The position numbers and the translations under genes are program-made. A stretch of DNA of 63,917 bases, counting the filler, from Peribolospora baueri (lineage: Eukaryota), in NCBI GenBank assembly GCA_029717555.1. It is 6 parts of 6 records of this genome, joined end to end, with 100 filler letters (N's around TTAATTAATTAA, not from the genome) between each part and the next. Parts side by side here need not be neighbours in the genome. Positions count along the whole stretch, not along the records: positions 54,633 to 63,917 come from JAMDHS010000181.1; 5 more parts are not named here. The stretch is one strand, 5' to 3'. Numbering within the stretch: the stretch's first letter is position 1; each line of letters opens with the position of its first letter. Positions 61,600-63,917 of the stretch are shown piece by piece. The notes under the pieces are model-generated. The model was given only the letters and a program-made list of their open reading frames with translations. It did no database searches and was not told the origin of the DNA.

Positions 61600-63917
61600 A
61601 AAAAAAGCAATCCAACTTCGCAAAGGGACGCGAAGAGAAAGAAGGGACGCTCTTATTCGGTTATCGGGCGGTCTCTTCATTTGGGTCAAGACCGCATGCG
61701 ACTTCATCGGGGACAAATACGTAGACGACCCCGAAGACCAGCTCAAAATGGTGCTCGCCAGCAACCCGAACATGGACGGCCCCTCCCCGTGGTCCGGCCT
61801 GGACTATCTGTATCTCCAAATCCTGAATCAAGCATTCGAACATGGTACTACTCCACAGCTCTTCAACACGTTCAAGAGCATCATAGGGGCCATCGTCACC
61901 CTCAAGGACCGCTTGTCACCGTCAGCCCTGGGATCACTGCTCGCACAGACCCCCCCGCGCGACCCTGCGACGCAAACCAAGGACATAAAGCGGTTGATTC
62001 GAAAGCTGCACTCCGTCCTCGCCGTTGACCCTTCGCCGACTGGAGTAATCCGTATACTCCACGCGTCATTTCCCGATTTTCTCACTCACCAGGACCACTG
62101 CAAGGACGATAGGTTCTTCGTGGACGCGACCACTCGTAACCTCCATCTCTCTCGTTCCTGCTTACGTCTGATGACTGGTTCGCTCAAGAACGGCGATCCA
62201 AATCTTTCTCTAGTCGATCAAATCAGGCAGTCCCCTCCCGACCTGCTCGACGTGCCGGTTTCCGAGGAATTACGATACAGTTGTCGGTTTTGGGCCGAAC
62301 ATCTTAGTGAATCGCCCGCTGACGAAGTGATTTGCCAGGAACTCTGGTCGCTGCTCTTCGAGCACTTGCCTCACTGGCTTGCAATCTTGGACCTTCTGGA
62401 CGCTCTGCACGTCGCGTTGCCATCGATATTAACAGCCCAAAACTGGTTAAAGAACAAGGTGAGCCGGTCTCATTTAGGTGGCCCGAGCTTGGGTGATGGT
62501 CGCTCTAAAGGCCTGCATTCGTCTCTATAGGCGTGCAAACCGGAGGGAAAATTAAAAGAGCTCCTACAGCGTCTCGATGATCATTTCCTTTATGCAGCAC
62601 TTGGCGTACGGTTACTGGAACGCTATAATCGCCTCGGCAACGTAGACGACCTTGAGGCTGGCATCTCGACACTGCGGCGAGCGCTCGATCTGACACCCGA
62701 GGGGCACCCGGACCGGGCTGGGCGGCTGAACAACTTGGGAAACTCGCTAGGAGCACGCTTCGCGCGCCTTGGCGACGTAGACGACCTTGAGGCTTGTATC
62801 TCGAGACTGCGGGAAGCAGTCGAACTGACGCCGGAGGAGCACCCGGACCGGGCGGCGTGTCTCAATAGCTTGGGCATCGCGCTAGGTACACGCTTCGAGC
62901 GCCTTGGCGACGTAGACGACCTAGAGGCTTGTATCTCGACACAGCGGGAAGCAGTCGAACTGACGCCCGAGGGGCACCCTGAACGGGCGCGGCGGCTCAA
63001 CAGCTTGGGCATCGCGCTACTAACACGCTTCGAGCGCCTCGGCAACGTAGACGACCTTGAGGCTTGTATCTCGACACTGCGGCAAGCGGTCGATCTGACA
63101 CCCGAGGGGCACCCGGACCGGGCTGGGCGGCTGAACAACTTGGGAAACTCGCTAGGTGTACGCTTCGCGCGCCTTGGCGACGTAGACGACCTTGAGGCTT
63201 GTATCTCGAGACTGCGGGAAGCAGTCAAACTGACGCCGGAGGAGCACCCGGACCGGGCGGCGTGTCTCAATAGCTTCGGAAACGCGCTAGGTATACGCTT
63301 CGAACGCCTTGGCAACATAGACGACCTCGAGGCTTGTATCTCGACACAGCGGAAAGCAGTCGAACTGACGCCCGAGGGGCACCCTGACCGGGCGTTGCGG
63401 TTCAACAGCTTGGGCATCGCGCTACTAACACGCTTCGAGCGCCTCGGCAACGTAGACGACCTTGAGGCTTGTATCTCGACACTGCGGCGAGCGCTCGATC
63501 TGACACCCGAGGGGCACACGGACCGGGCTGGGCGGCTCAACAGCTTGGGCATCGCGCTACTAACACGCTTCGAGCGCCTCGGCAACATAGACGACCTTGA
63601 GGCTTGTATCTCGACACTGCGGCGAGCGGTCGATCTGACACCCGAGGGGCACCCGGACCGGGCGGGGTCGCTGAACATCTTGGGCAACGCGCTACAAACA
63701 CGCTTCGCGCGCCTCGGCAACGTAGACGACCTTGAGGCTTGTATCTCGACACTGCGGCGAGCGCTCGATCTGACACCCGAGGGGCACCCTGACCGGGCTG
63801 GGCGGCTGAACAACTTGGGCATCGCGCTACGAACACGCTTCGAGCGCCTTGGCGACGTAGGCGACCTCGAGGCTTGTATCTCGACATTGCGGCGAGCAGT
63901 CGAACTGACGCCGGAGA
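61600..63917 (+). CDS. Fungal NLR-like gene fragment: NACHT C-terminal helical/winged-helix region plus TPR array; no P-loop or start seen, runs off the window
   Basis: SGGLFIWVKTACDFI, LDYLYLQIL, LHSVL, ILHASFPDFLT, RFFVD, LRYSCRFWAEHL, HWL. Intron 62459..62530, then an open frame of 45-aa TPR units. Confidence 0.85.
62630..63917 (+). repeat. 135-bp (45-aa) high-identity TPR tandem array, about 9.5 units
   Basis: Unit starts at 62641, 62776, 62911, 63046, 63181, 63316, 63451, 63586, 63721 and 63856. Consensus VDDLEACISTLRRAVxLTPEGHPDRAxxLNxLGxALxxRFERLGx. Confidence 0.97.

Noticed and set aside
62623..63822. 399-aa repetitive minus-strand ORF; also considered as a CRISPR-like array
   Set aside because: Antisense of the TPR array. 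Units are contiguous 135-bp coding repeats with no unique spacers.

Overview
Eukaryotic, GC-rich, intron-rich DNA, most likely from a basidiomycete fungus (GTGAGT/GTGCGT donors, CTGAC/CTAAC branch points, mostly ~70-130 nt introns, micro-exons). The window is not one locus. It is six unlinked contigs (12288, 12190, 10560, 9736, 9358 and >=9285 nt, in decreasing length) joined by artificial 100-nt N44-TTAATTAATTAA-N44 spacers, so adjacency across spacers is meaningless. Protein genes: GH55 exo-beta-1,3-glucanase (partial), ABCB/MDR transporter, INO80 (partial), TDT/SLAC1 transporter, glycogenin, REV7, a three-domain paladin-like phosphatase, a Rossmann-fold protein, a head-to-head RPS9/RPL21 pair, a single-pass membrane protein, mitochondrial IF2 (partial), urease (partial), ChaC, MAM33, a possible BIR1 C-terminus, THG1 and ZUO1. 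There is also a chromovirus integrase remnant. Best hidden signals: (1) a nuclear RNase P RNA gene at 39468..38710 (minus), not shown by the ORF track, about 760 nt long because of large structured expansions; (2) a 5'-truncated fungal NLR-like NACHT-TPR gene with a shuffled 135-bp repeat array, one fragment of which sits inverted and in frame in front of a pirin pseudogene; (3) a ChaC gene whose 954-nt intron reads open for ~270 codons and whose C-terminus is a Met/Gly-rich tail. All calls come from manual reading and remembered family motifs; no searches were run.
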